Shown: positions 1 through 13,218 of the stretch, piece by piece
Position numbering within the stretch: the first letter of the stretch is position 1
How the letters are laid out: every line of letters starts with the position of its first letter
From: Neoechinorhynchus agilis
Lineage: Eukaryota > Animalia > Acanthocephala
NCBI GenBank assembly: GCA_051530055.1
Contig: CM121342.1
Span: 716,797 to 780,796, forward strand
Reading direction: 5' to 3'
DNA length: 64,000 nucleotides
The notes under the pieces: model-generated
Databases searched by the model: none
Told to the model about the DNA's origin: nothing
Seen by the model: the letters and a program-made list of their open reading frames with translations, nothing else
Position numbers and translations under genes: made by a program

Positions 1-345
1 CAGCACAAGGTGGATTTTGAAAAAACGGCATTCCTAACCAGCGAACCGGATCTAATAAGAAGACTGATTCTTGAGGCCATTCACATCCGGGGAAGTCCAA
101 CGATGGAAGGCAACAAATCAAACTTTACTCTGGTGCAACAAAAGTTGCGTAGCATGACGAGCAAATTAGTCGGCAACAAACCGCAAGAGGTGTGTGTGGA
201 TCGAACCCCCACACTTCGGGTATTAGCAAACCCGCGGATCTGAGCTACATCCAAACGCGACCGACTGTGCATGCTGTTTATATTGTCTCCGCTTTAGATA
301 GAGACTGAAGAGGCAAGGAAAACCGTGCGAAATATTTCTCAAATA
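1..345 (+). mobile_element. 3' end of a Penelope-like element (GIY-YIG C-terminal tail plus pseudo-LTR)
   Basis: QHKVDFEKTAFLTSEPDL...GNKSNFTL aligns with the tail of the Penelope element at 50.5-50.7 kb (QHSVGFKKAKFIHEEADL...GNKSNFTL). The pLTR motif gggtattagc..cccgcggatctgagc is shared with 52215-52250. Confidence 0.8.
301..340 (+). ncRNA. Minimal type I hammerhead ribozyme in Penelope pLTR
   Basis: GAGA (stem I) - CTGAAGA - G - GCAAGG/CCGTGC (stem II) - GAAA - TAT - T17 - TCTC (stem I). Stem III is the palindromic tetramer ATAT. Confidence 0.7.
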
Positions 346-976
346 AATGAGTAACGGCAACACCGCTGACAGGATTCGCCAACGTACAATCAAATCCACC
401 TCGAGGACAATGATATATGACAATAAAAACGTAATGTTTCTCTGATAAAAACAACAACAAAAAACTAAGAGCTAAAGCAGGATTTGGTCCATAATGTTGA
501 CAAATGCAATGTTTCTAAACAAACGCTGAAAGAATACGTGTAATCAAGCGAGAGTTTTGATTGTTGACGTGTACATTTTTAGGCATTACAAAACATAAAT
601 ATTATTGGGGATTATTGTTAAGGCGAGCCTCGTAAGGGTTTCATCAACATTTTTTGCATGCTAGTTGCTATACCCGAACTTAACCTTTACGAGGTTCGTA
701 GAGAACTTCAATAAACTCTTCATTGCGAATGAAGATTTCTAAACAATAATCCTCAATAATATTTATCCCGTTAACTTCTAACATATCGACATTTACACCA
801 AAAAAATTAAAGATTACATTCTCGTTGGTTAGAGATTTGTTGTTATTTAGGTCGCTTGTCGACGACACCCGAGAAGAGAGATCATTAAAGACGAATTCAC
901 TAAAGTCGACTGCTTGAAGTGATAATGAATGATTCGATCAGTCGAATTGTACGTTTTGAGGTTATTGCCATTTTAG

Positions 977-2310
977 ATGGATTTCCTCGAAACGATGCGC
1001 CAATCCTATATGAAGGACTGTGAAAAAAGGTCATGGACTCAACGGGATAATTCAATTGAAATTGGTGGAAGCGTTTTTCTATTATCAATGGAAACCAATT
1101 TTGTTTCTGCATTTGGATCGCGTTTCACCGTTCGTGACATATTGCATATTTTACGGACATCCGATGAAAACCAAGGAGATTATGAGAAGATTGCTCGTTC
1201 GTCGGATCACTCAGTTATTGCAAATCGTGCAGAACGGAAAATGTTAATCGATTATTTTATCGGACGAATCGATGTTTTACCTTCGAAGCATTTGCTTTCA
1301 AGAAAGAGAAGTCTGCCAGAATTAAAAGTACCAAGGCTAAGAGCTGCGAACGCTCTTGAGTCAGAACAGAAAATCGAATTTGAACGCATTTACAATCCCA
1401 TGACTTATTGGATGCGTAGAGTATTGGAGACTCACATTCCTAAAAATTGTCAACTTGATTTTTCGTCAAATCAATTTAGCCAAGACGGCGAATACGACTG
1501 TCTGATGGCTCAAAATGAAGACTTAAGTGAAGATATTGTCAACATTGCTGAATTTGTGCGGAAACGAACTACTAAACAGGATAATAAACCACTCAAGCCT
1601 TATAGTCGATATAGTCAAGAAAAGGTTGACCCACGAACGGCTGATGATCCAGCGATCAATGAAGCCATTCGTCTAAGTCGCATGCAAGAAAGTCAGGAAT
1701 TCGTTAACCCTCTTCGTTCAGACCCAATTACGTTCAATAACGATATAGCAATCATTAGCTGTCTCATGATGATTACTATGTTTCTAAAGATACTCCGATT
1801 CCAAGGGACCTCACTAAAATTCCAATTATAATCATTCCGGTAGTCAAAAGTTCAATCTTAAGTATGTTCAACGCAAAAGATGTTCTTGGCGATTGTTTTT
1901 TTGTGCCTAATGAAGTAAAGTTGAGACAAGGAACCGCAATAACTGATGACGTTTTGATTACTCGCAAAAATCCTGATCGGCGTGAGGTCAACTATTTGCT
2001 GACCGGTAATCTAAGAGCCCTAAAGCGAGTCGATTGGGAGTTTCGTGTTGTAGCGATGTTCTGTATTGATGCTGATTGGCAATTTAGGGACTTTCCGTGG
2101 CCGAAAGTTGATCATGAAGTATTTAAGCGGGTGAAACCGTTCTATTTCAAATTTAAATCTGATCCAATTCCAAAACGGATAGCTGCACTAAAAGCAAAAA
2201 TCATTCAAGTCGACCGGGACAATCGAATTTATGACAAATTCGATATAAATGAGTTTTGGAAAAGTATTCGAGAACATATCGTACAAACTAAGCCGTATCT
2301 CATCAAATGA
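977..2310 (+). CDS. CDC73: Parafibromin / PAF1 complex subunit CDC73 (one small intron or frame change at ~1700-1790)
   Basis: N-terminus MDFLETMRQ...RAERKMLIDYF matches CDC73_N. C-terminus PIIIIP...SMFNAKD, RVVAMF..ADWQFRDFPW, EFWKSI matches CDC73_C. The frames can be joined by a short GT-AG intron such as 1761-1789. Confidence 0.9.
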
Positions 2311-5300
2311 TTGTAAAAATTTGCACTCATTATCTAAAAATAAATTCAAACTACTCCATACGTTTTCTCAAATGCCATTTCCTTAACGATAAGCAAAGGA
2401 GCGCAGATATACGATCGCCTGAAAAAAGCTTTTGGTTGGCAGTGCAGTCGGACTATGGCTTTAACGCAGTATTTTTTGATTGGAGAATTTACTCATTTTC
2501 AATGATAACCTTTCAACGTTGTTTGCAATTCTCTAAGCTTCACTAACATGATCACGTACCCTTTTATGGTTAAATTAGGTAAGTTTTATATTTGGTTTGT
2601 AAGTAACCGCTCTGAGATTCGTGATTTAGGCGGTGTGAGTTTAGAAACAAGCTTAAAAGGATAGCATTTGTTAGAAATACAATCGAGGATAGGTAGATGT
2701 TTGAAGACTGCCTTAAAACTAGTAGGCGCCAGTTGAGCAATAATAGAGATATAAGATATTTGAGACCTCGAAGCACAACGTGGCCAGTTGAAGTTTAAAA
2801 AAGAAAACCAAATATCTTACTTAACATTCGGAATTTTTTGTTCGAGCTCATAGAAGAAATCGGAAGATTCACGAGCGAAAATCAACCATAACTTAATTCA
2901 TATACATTTGTCTATCATTATATTTATTTCTGATGTTTAATGTGAAAAATCCTGCATTTAGGCGTACAAATCTAGGCACGGAATTGTAAGCGATATTTAA
3001 TATTGGGGAGGCCGAAGTCCAACAATGTGTAATAAAAACAGCAATCAACTAATAAAATGGTCAAAATAACAACATTCAACCCGAATCTTAGTTCCATCAA
3101 GTGCTAAAAAGTTCCACGTTATGTGCAAATGTTTAGTAATGCGATCGATTATAGGCTGTTGGATCAGACCATTCGACCAAGTAAAGAGCTAGTGCTGTAA
3201 AACTTCTAGAAATTGCGTTCCGATGCCTCCCGGTAGTTCAGCGCTTCGTCGATATTATGATGCCTAAGTTAGCGACAGATTTCATCCTTTAAAGAGTTGA
3301 CTCAAAGTGTGACCACTTGAGACGCGACAGATTTTTAAAAGATTCTACTGTTATTAAATGTTCACGATTTTCGCCGAAATAATGCATCTTTCGTGCGATG
3401 AGTTCTGAATTTCTCCTAATAGATCGATGCAATTTGATTGTTTTTCACATATTTCATTTATTTCTAAAGAATTCATACCTCTAGACGAATAGGAAATTTA
3501 TTCGTAAGGAGGCTTGCGCATAATAGTGGGGGCTAATATTCGAATGTCAGTAATCGATCCACTTCGATGTTTTCCTCGTGGCCCACGCAAGGAATTTGGC
3601 CCAATCATAAAGGAAATTAAATAAAGCACCAAGGAGGCGACCCAGGAATGGCAGGCGCTGTTCGTTGGAATTCCAGACTAATTTCGTTACCTTAGAATTG
3701 TACCTTTGTTAAAAGCGCGATATGCGTTAAAACGAGCAATTTTAAGCAATCTTTTTAGTTTATTCAGATCGTCTTTAATAGTTAACTTAGTAATGAACGT
3801 ATAACTTAGAATGTCGATTTTATTGAAGGTGGTAGGGGTCCCTTGATCTAAGAGTTAGAAGTAAAAAAGAAGCGATAATGTTGATATGGCCTCGACGTAG
3901 TTCTCAAACCCGCGTTGGCTATCGCAAAAATAGCCAAAAAAGTTCAAGCTTAGTTCATGAGGAAGAGATCCATATTCATTATGATGAAGCTGAATCTCGT
4001 GAGGGTGAGTGTGTTAAACTTCCGGTCATTGAGCTGGTAAACAACATCGATCCTTTCATAATTCCAAGAGTACCACCGGATATAACAGGCTGTTCACCGC
4101 CCTTTACGTCCGTGCTTCTATAATTACCCCTTCCTCATTTTCATCCCCTATCCAATAGATTAAAGACCCACTCTAAAATAGGATTAACTCATTTGAATTC
4201 CAAAGGAAAATCTTAAAAATAATCACCCTCCCTCGTATCACCGACATCAAAAGCACATTTTTAAATAAATTTCATACCACGTTTGCCTTCAACGGCGCTG
4301 AGGAAAAAATTATTCAGTACTATGCTTAAAAATAGATATTCTATTTGATGATTTTTCTCGAAAAGTAACTTTTCTCATGTTAAATCCTCGACGCGCGTGC
4401 AATACTTTGCTCAACCACAAAGCAGAGGACTGTTTTCCCACTAAGTCACTTCTAAGGAATTCCGCAACTCGTTACATGATTACAACCTTTATGTCAAAAG
4501 CGCACCCGCTGGCGACATTATACTTCATTTTGCATCAACAGTTTAAGATGCCTTTTGTGTGCTTAAAATCATTGTAAATCAGCTTGTCTTAAAGCCAAAT
4601 CTAATAAACAAAATGTTGCAACTGTAGACAAAATCACCCCGCTTACCCTCGAATATGTCCGTCGGCTAAAAAATACTACGAATACGGACTGTCTAAGGCG
4701 ATAAAGGAATTTTTACAACCATGATCTATTTGCAAATTCACTTTCTAACCTTCGAATAATAAAGGATTCCTTCTCTACAAGAAAGGAAGTCTCAAACATC
4801 CCTTCATCTCCTTCTATAATTAAAGCAACATTCCCTCCCCCGAATATAGCATGGAATAAGGCGGCACCTGACATTGTAAATAACAACTCACTAAGCTCTC
4901 GCACGCAAGGTCTCTTTTTTTTATTAAAACCAAGATGAAAAGCCTCCTTTTTTGGGACACGGATTTTATTATAGCAGAATTTAATAGCAAATATCTCAGG
5001 AGTTTTAGACCCTTTTTAACAACCATTTACTACACCTACCAAAATTCCCATCCTTTCATAATTATACTTACTCTTTAGACGGATTTTTCCTAAAGAAAGT
5101 TTTACCCATGATCTGTTTCTCATATAAAGGTATAAATATCAGGGATAAAATTAATTTAAACGAAACATATATAAATCTCTTCGCCTGTCTCATATCAAAA
5201 AATCTGTCATCATCTTCGAAGGTCTCCTGCACCCTTTTGAAACTCCTGGAAACCATCTTCGATTACACCATGATTATTTTCTAAGATATGTTTTATTATA

Positions 5301-8300
5301 CTTCAGCATGCGAACCTGAACCAAGGTGCCTACTTTGCGACGGAACTCACGTCAAACCGAAGTACTCCAATAATTTTGCCATTAAATGTACGAATGGTTT
5401 TGCTTGTTTCAATCATACGAAAAACTATTTTGAAGAAAGCCTGGAGATAATGTATTTTTAACAGCAGCAAATAACTTTAGCACTAAATTGTAAAGACCTT
5501 TAGAGTTTGTTGAAGAAATTAAGTCAAATGAAACGTTAATGTAATCGTTCTGGTGAAAAGCCAAAGCTATAAAACCTTTTGCATAAATGCAAGAATTGGT
5601 GTTTGGAAATATGAATTCATTTCCTTCAGGATGTCGATGCTTCGCGGTTACATTGACATCTTCAATGTCCATTTTCATCCCGAATTGTGGAATTGAGACA
5701 AACAAAAATCTTCATCGATGGATATAAAAAAAATTTTCTTTTATTTTTTCGGTGCCCTCTGAAGCGTCCGAGCGGACACTGTACTCGTCATTGGGCTTTG
5801 GCCTGAGGCCGGAACTTACTGTAAATTGTTTCGAGATAGAAGTGAAAGTTAGAAAGCTGTTTTTCGCAGTGAGAGTTCGTTAGCGAAAATCGATGCTCTT
5901 TTGATGTTCTTTGAGAACTGAGCCTTACCTTAACTCACGGAGAAAAACTTTTTGCGCTCTTCGCTATCTATGATCTCGTCAATAAACACCTTACCTTGAA
6001 AGTTGCGGCGAATCCAATCGAATACAAGGCTCTTTGAATCTTTGCTAAAAACCAAAGTGAGTAAAATGTAAATATCGTTAAAATAAATCGTGCATTCATA
6101 TATTAACTTCATTGAGGTTAAGTCAAGAATTTCCATCGCAAACTCTACTTATTGTACAACGCCTATGCTTTTTCGAGGCAATAAGAGTTAACGATATTTT
6201 TCAGGTCATTTCAGGTCAATGGTCTTTCAAGGAAAATAACTAAAAGATTGCTTTTTCAGACACATCAGAATATTTCATGACGGAACACCAACGCTTGAAA
6301 GGGCTTTTTCTACAGTCGTTGGACAGCATTTTATTAAAAATCAATAGAGACGTCTTGTTCGAAGAATGATATTATGGATGAGCAATAAAAAGGTTTTTCC
6401 AAAAACAATATCTGGGAAATATTATTGCTACCATCAAAATTCGCATTCGATGCCCTACCGTGTTGAATGGAAGTTTCGAGCATCGCCGTGTCCTTATTTA
6501 TTGGCAATACTTAAAGTAAGGTCAAGTAATTTAAAAATTAAATTTTATTAGAACCGTTAGAAAATCTTGTGTCCCCTTATCACAGATATTGCAACTATTT
6601 TATTTTTTGGAAGTCGGGTCAGCCGGTAACTTTTATTCAGTATCTATGTGTTGCCTTTTTACGGTTGATATCAGTGGGCTGTGTTCCCGAGGAAAATTAT
6701 CAGCCGCGAAAAAGGCTACACATAGATATTTAATTTTATATTTTAGCACTGATTTTGATCACGACTTTTTAAAAAGAAACAAATCCACAGATGAATTTAT
6801 TTACTTTTAAAAATAATTTCAATTTTCTATGGTCTTTATCATAAGCACTTACTTTGAATGACTACACTCGTAGAGATCAATAAATCGTTGTTTAACAATC
6901 TCGTTTCACTTTATTCGATTAGAAAATAGTTTTACGAGGTCAAGTTTAATTCGACAAAATAGAATTTCCATATCTGATGCTTGATTTGAAGAATGCTTCA
7001 TGTTTACTTCTATCGAATCGTTCACGAAGTTAACTGAACTGCAAAGCTGTACCATAAATCAGTCAATCGCTTTGGCTTGATTCGGAAAGGATTTCCGATA
7101 AGTAAATTTGGAATATCAAGCATTTGCGCACTCGTAAATATTTATAAATCGTATCAAAGAGTCGTTTTAGAGATTCGTTGCAACTTTTGCGTTTCTTAAA
7201 TCAGATGTCGCTGTCCTGAGTTATAACGACGAACTACTGTTCATCAAAACCGTTTCGGTATAATTAAGAAGGAATCGAAATTTCAGCTCCGACGTTGAAC
7301 CGAATTAAGATTCTTTATAAAAACTCAGTCTACTCGGCTTTCAAGTACAATAGAATTGAACTCACTTCAGCTCGATCGTTGAACTAATCGTGATCGTACA
7401 AAAAAGATAGACTCTCTCTGATATTTTCATTTACAACGTATGCACTGTCCTCGGTCTCGTGAGGGACATCCATTTCATTGATCGATGTTACATGTTTAAA
7501 TAGTTCACTAAGTTCGTATTCTTTTGTAAGATCCGAATCCTTTTAATCTTTTAATATCTCCTTACAAATGTGTGAGCAATAATTGAGGCAATTCGTTAAT
7601 GCATAGACCGTAGGATCATTCAAATTTATATCATTAATGTTTACTTTGCACTGAATTTTGCATTGTCGGTGCAATCGCGTTTGGCCAGCATTATCTCTTT
7701 TCGAAAGCTTCCAAATCGATTGGATTTTAGTGGTAATCAGGTCGTTAATTCTTGGTACACTGTTAAAATTTACTGATTCGGAATTCGCGTTTGGCATTTC
7801 AGATGTATTACTCACCGTCGGTTTCGCATCCTCGATTTAGCAACGACCTTATCGCTGGGCAGCAAGCTGAGATCTTTTTCAAATATGTTCACGTTTTGAT
7901 CATCGGATAATTCATTGACGTCAGAATGAACTTCCTCAGATTCCAGGCTTTTTTGAGCTTGTGAGCAACAGATTTACCCATAACCGTCTTTGTAGAATTA
8001 GCTTCAGCTTGAATTAATTTACTACCGATTTGCTTATGAAAATCAAATTTTTCAGATCGGTCACTTAATTTTTCGTCTAATGATTTTTTGAGTTGATTTG
8101 TGCTTTTCTGATTTGTTACTTTATCCGAAAAAATTGATCCGATGAATTTCCTTATCGTCCTGGTCCAACTTTTTGAGGAAGATGCTCTTTTTTCTACTTT
8201 AATTACCATTTGCTCTCCTTCTCCATTTATTAACGTCTGAATTTCAGGAAATGACAATTCGTTCATGGTCGAAGGTTCAGATTCGATCTAGACATCGTTC

Positions 8301-9009
8301 TCCGTGTTTATTAATTGATAAATATACCAGATCTGATTGCTTGACGATGGAAGTTGAGGTTTTATGACCACGACAACAATTGATTGCGAAAACATTTTTA
8401 TTGGACGTATAAATATTTTGATTACACATATTTGAGTTTTGGTAAACACAAAATTAATCGATTTTCTGCGGAAAATACCAAATATAAAAGAGCGCCTATA
8501 AAAAATTAATCGTGTACCATCTTCAATTAAATCGCAGTTATAGGCTCATGGAGAAATTATGACTGATATTTAAGCTCGTAATATCGATAGAAAAAATTCT
8601 TAATTAATATTAAATAATGCAAAATACTGTAATGAGCACCGTGTATGTCAAAATGAAAGCATTAAAGTCACATCGTTTGCTTACAGCATTTAGAAAAAAT
8701 TATTCGATTTCATCATCTTCGATGTTTCACTTCAACATCATAATTATGTCTTTATTTTGCTCGTCTTCAAATAACCGTGTATTTATAATTCATACAAAAT
8801 TTACAACCTCAATATCTTTTAAAATGCAGTTTAACAACACATTTTATTTATTTTGTTTAAGAAGAGCGCCCGTGTACCTCTGGGTCCTTGTGATCACTTT
8901 AGAGTTGATGAGGGATCCGGTGTGGATGACGGATCCGGAGGGTGACGGTCGACGACGACGAGAGGTTATATAATAGAGCAAAAACTTATTGCAAACTAGT
9001 TTTTTGAAA

Positions 9010-9265
9010 TATTATGGAAAGCCTCCTTTCCCAACACCCTCATGTTTTATTCCAGATTTATTATCGAACGGAAAATGGGTGTTTTATTTATTTCTTGCTT
9101 CAGATTTTCGACGCCTTGCGTCTTCGTCAGGAAGTTTTTCTTGCCCTCCTCTGATTCCTTTTCAGATAACCGAAGAAAAGCTTCCTGACGAAGACGCAAG
9201 GCGTCGAAAATTTGAAGCAAGAAATAAATAAAACACCCATTTTCCGTTCGATAATAAATCTGGAA
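9010..9265. repeat. Palindromic hammerhead-bearing element, copy A, flanked by ttttttgaaa direct repeats
   Basis: Arms 9049-9135 and ~9176-9265 are reverse complements. Highly similar to 52391-52691. The 10-bp direct repeat lies at 9000-9009 and 9269-9278. Confidence 0.9.
9180..9218 (+). ncRNA. Minimal type I hammerhead ribozyme (intact core)
   Basis: GCTTC - CTGACGA - A - GACGC aag GCGTC - GAAA - ATT - T - GAAGC: 5-bp stem I, 5-bp stem II, palindromic AATT stem III. Confidence 0.8.
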
Positions 9266-9770
9266 TTTTTTTTTGAAAAGAATTTCAATAGAAAATTTCA
9301 AACCATGAACCTCGACGGGCAAAATTATGAAAATGATAGTAATATAAAGCTATGAAATGCGCGAATTGAAGAATTATTTTTACGGGCTTAGCCTCTCGTT
9401 TCTCCTTACTTCTTAACAACGGGCGGTGTTTTTCTTGTTAGACAATTCGCCCACTACAGACTCAGGAGAGGACTTTAACCGTTTTAAATCTTAATCTGCC
9501 GTTGCGCTTCCACGGCGTTTCGAACCAATTTTAAGATCGATTTAAAATGTCGTTTAACCATCGGGATCTCCTGAAATGTTTTTGTCCTTTCGATTTAAGA
9601 CTGGGACTTGGGTAACATTAAGTTCTTCCAGATCAAACACCGAGGAAACCTTAATTCAAACATGTCGATATGATTCGGTTGGTTTTATTCAAAACTTTTA
9701 GTTGTTGGGTTGTTATATTCAGCGGAAAAGGTAAAAAATTATACCAAAGAATGGAGGAAAAGGTACTTTT

Positions 9771-9991
9771 TTGGTGGTTTTACCACCCTGGATTTAAATT
9801 CACTAATTTATTTCCACGATATCTCACTTGTCGGATAATTCCGACATTTTCTCAAGGAATTTAAGTTTTTAAATATGTACTTACATATTTACAAACTTAC
9901 AAACCTCAAGAAAATGTCGGAATTATCCGACAAGTGAGATATCGTGGAAATAAATTAGTGAACTTAAATCAGGGGTGGTAAAACTACCAAA
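9771..9991. mobile_element. MITE-like element with ~80-bp terminal inverted repeats
   Basis: ttggtggttttaccaccc...ccgacattttct is mirrored by agaaaatgtcgg...ggggtggtaaaactaccaa. A related copy lies at 27630-27820. Confidence 0.75.
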
Positions 9992-10088
9992 ACAAACTTT
10001 TATTTATAAGTACAAGATTGATTGCTGTTCAATTTCATGGCTAAAATTTCCTTTTTATACAGTCAATGTTCGGTTTTTAGGTACCAAA

Positions 10089-10757
10089 TGAGCATTGAAG
10101 TAAACTCGAATATCGAAGGAAGGGGTTCTGCACCATTCGTTGAGAATTGTCCGCCTGTTGTAGTTCTTAGAGTAAAATCTCAAGAAAAAGCGAATAGATT
10201 AAAAAATGAAATGGGAAAAAGCTTAAACGGTGAATCTAAAATAGACATCAAAGTGGAAAATCAAAGGCTGAAAGTCAGAATTGAGAATGAGGAAATATGT
10301 GATGCGCAGATCCAAAAGTTGGCATCAAAGGTTGAGCTCTACACTACCGAGGATTTGAAGAGTCTTTACAAAGCCAAAGACGTTCATCACGTCGCTGTAG
10401 ATGGTTCAAATTCAACTGTGAATGCATGTAAGTGTCGCTTGTTATCTTTTTTTGGGAATTGAATTCGGTTTAAGTAACGAAACCGGTTGCCCAATTGATT
10501 GCCGATGGAGATGAGAGCGAAGATTCTTTTGATGATGATGTATGGAAGGAAGTTCTTAAATATTTAAGGTGAATTGAAAAGCATTTATAAATCGTGCAAT
10601 CGATTTTTAGTGAGGATGTTCTTGCAAGCGAAGTCCGGTATTCTCTATTCGACGCATCGGGTAATGTGGTCCAATCTAATAATGTTGTTTCTGATTCAAC
10701 AAAAAGTTTAAAATCAAATGCTGGAAAATATGAAGATGATATTAATTCTTGTGAATG
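10089..10757 (+). CDS. Three-exon gene of unknown function
   Basis: Phase-consistent GT-AG introns at 10428-10474 and ~10569-10610 join MSIEVNSN...NA/LTKPVAQ...YL/SEDVLASE...NSCE*. No family recognised. Confidence 0.55.
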
Positions 10758-12115
10758 AAGTACAAATAGGCGATCAAAAGGATATTTATTGAGTTTTAAA
10801 GTTAAAGACAAATTGTTAGAAGAAAATACGTCGATGTCTGACGGAAAAGTTATAAATTCCTTCCGGTAGAAACAAACATCAATCGTTTAATCTTCAAACG
10901 TTCTAGAAAGCCTTTGTACTTAGGTATTTTGAAAGAATCGATTGTATGCGTATAATATCAGAATCGTCAAATGCGGAAAAAATGAGAATATACCTTTTCA
11001 GTAACCTTATCATTGAAATGATTTTCAATTTAAGTTTTAATGCCGTTTTTACCCTAAAAGTATTTTCTAATATTTCCAGGGATCTCAGTTAAGACCTGGA
11101 GATAATTTTCAATCACAACAAAGGTATGCGTAGAAACGTTGTTTAAATATAGCATCGTTTCATCAGAAGTGTTTGTGTTTTTAAATGTCGCAAAAATTAA
11201 AATAATTTATTATTTCCGATATTTCAGCGCAATATCGTGTATTTATCAAAGTCGCAAAACACATCATTCACACTGTACTTAAATTCAGTTTGAAATCCGC
11301 CTTATTCCCCAACCTACTGTTTCAACCTGGCGAATAAATATGGCCTCCATAATAACGCGCGATCCCATTTGGATTCACTTCGCGGGTCTTGACCGGTTCG
11401 AAACGTTTTTAATAAAAAAAATTACTTACTGGGTGAAGACCTAAATAACACTTCTAATCATATACCCCAGTACCTCTTCACATATCGTCATCTTTTCATC
11501 AGCGTCAAGGATGGCGTTGTTGCGTGAGCTTATTGTTACGGTACATAATTCTTTTAACTTTTCCAATTGCCTTACAATCTGCACTTAAACAAATGATTAA
11601 CGTGAATTTATTATCCGTTTCCGGTAGCTTCACCATCTGTCTGGTTTTCAGGTCTATTTAATACGTTACAATGAGCATCGAAGAATCGGATTGCTGCAGA
11701 GCCCAAAATCCCGAGGTTGTCAGGATGGACATCATGCAGTCGGTAGAAATATTCGGCCAAAGATTGCGGTCTGATCGGGCTTATTTTCCCGTCTGGGTTA
11801 AGCAACATTTCTGACTAAGAATCTCACTCACGAATCGAGCACCTGCCTCACGAGGCGTTTCCTCTTCAGCACTTTGAAGCATGGTAGTGTTCTCTTGCTT
11901 ATAACTGTATTGAGCGACCTGGTCGTCTCCTATACGATAGTAAAGAGCCATCTTCACACCATTAGCAATGCAGGCGTCACTTAGCAACTCAAGCCGTTTC
12001 AGATTAGCATAAAAGCATCTAGATTTCAGAGTGAGAAACGTTATTAATAAGGTTGACAGCTCCGGCATCACTGTGAATGAATATTTTGTTTTTGAAACCA
12101 GATGTAGAGATTTTT

Positions 12116-13218
12116 CGCGCTTAAATTAATTTCTTCACTTTAACATTCAGAGCACCGGGCAGAAATCACATTGCGTCAACACCGATTACAGCTATCGCAA
12201 TGCTTTGTTTTAAATAAACAGTTGGATTCCCCTTGTCCATACCAGTTCTAGGCCAGCTGTTTAACGCTGATCGGATCCCCGCGCAAGAAGCGAGCGTACC
12301 CGTTTGGATACGTCGAACAAACGCGGAGCGTAGCTATCGCTGCCCACAGTACGCAGCACCAAGTTCCGTCCTCGAAATCGACTCTTTCGCAAGAGCAAAT
12401 AACTGAGACAGATCCAAGAGTCGACAACATACTGCTTCTCGCGACAGCCCGGCCAGCTCAGCTTGTAGAGCCAATCCTTTTTCCGAAGTTACGGATCTAA
12501 TTTGCCGACTTTCCTTGCCTACGTTTCCCTATCGACTAGAGGCTACTCACCTTGGAGACCTGCTGCGGAAATCAGTACGAACAGGTACGGTCTGAATATT
12601 CTCGCACCCAGATTTTCAAGGACAATACGAAGCGCTCGGTACATCGCAGGAATCGCGCTGCATTACGGAACGTGTACTCTATCAACAGACGATCTAATTC
12701 CAGGGATAAAGTTCCTAACAAAGAAGAGAAAACTCTTCCCCAGACTTCGTATAGTTATTCTCTGGGATTGCTCGTGTCACCACTTATGCTGAACATCATC
12801 TGCCCAAGAAGAACATCTGAATAGATCAAGCATAAATCGCATCCTGGCTCGGGAATATTAACCCGATTTCCTTTCGATTGTATTGCGCAATGCAACACGC
12901 TTAATCACGAATTTGCACGTTTTCTTAGGATCGGCTGATCCATGTCCAAATGTTGTTCACGTGGAACCTTTCTCCACTTCAGTCTTCAATGCTCTCATTT
13001 GAATACTTGCTACTACCACCAAGATCTGCACTAGCGGCGGTTCCACTCCACCTCACGGTGCAAGTTTCAATACCACCGCATACGCCCTTCTACACGTCAA
13101 GTCATTTGTACATTTGTGTCTGGCATCGACGGTCAAGCATGGATATACGTCTCCAGCGCCATCCATTTTTAGGGCCAGTCGATTCGGTAGGTGAGTTTTA
13201 CACACTCCTTAGTGGTAT
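12116..13218 (-). rRNA. Isolated ~1.1-kb internal fragment of 28S (LSU) rRNA, probably a pseudogenic copy
   Basis: Reverse complements of conserved LSU blocks in the expected order: ttcttcactttaacattcagagcaccgggcagaaatcacattgcg, ttccgaagttacggatc, ccttggagacctgctgcgg, gggaatattaacccgatt, ctactaccaccaagatctgcac, cagcgccatccattt. No 18S or 5.8S nearby. Confidence 0.92.

Noticed and set aside
3500-8270. Several minus-strand ORF pieces (4713-5256, 5409-6136, 7543-8266) that may be exons
   Set aside because: No recognisable domain, and I could not build a consistent exon chain by eye.
8989-9322. ORFs over the palindromic element (also 52334-52656)
   Set aside because: The similar peptides on both strands are an artefact of the inverted repeat.
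9771-9991. Ribozyme within the 9771/27630 MITE family
   Set aside because: It contains a gtcgga/tccgac hairpin but no CUGANGA/GAAA core on either strand.
11611-12071. Possible degenerate LTR integrase fragment (GARFVSE...SPIRPQS)
   Set aside because: The resemblance to the DNG.FVS/PYHPQS motifs is too weak to call without a search.
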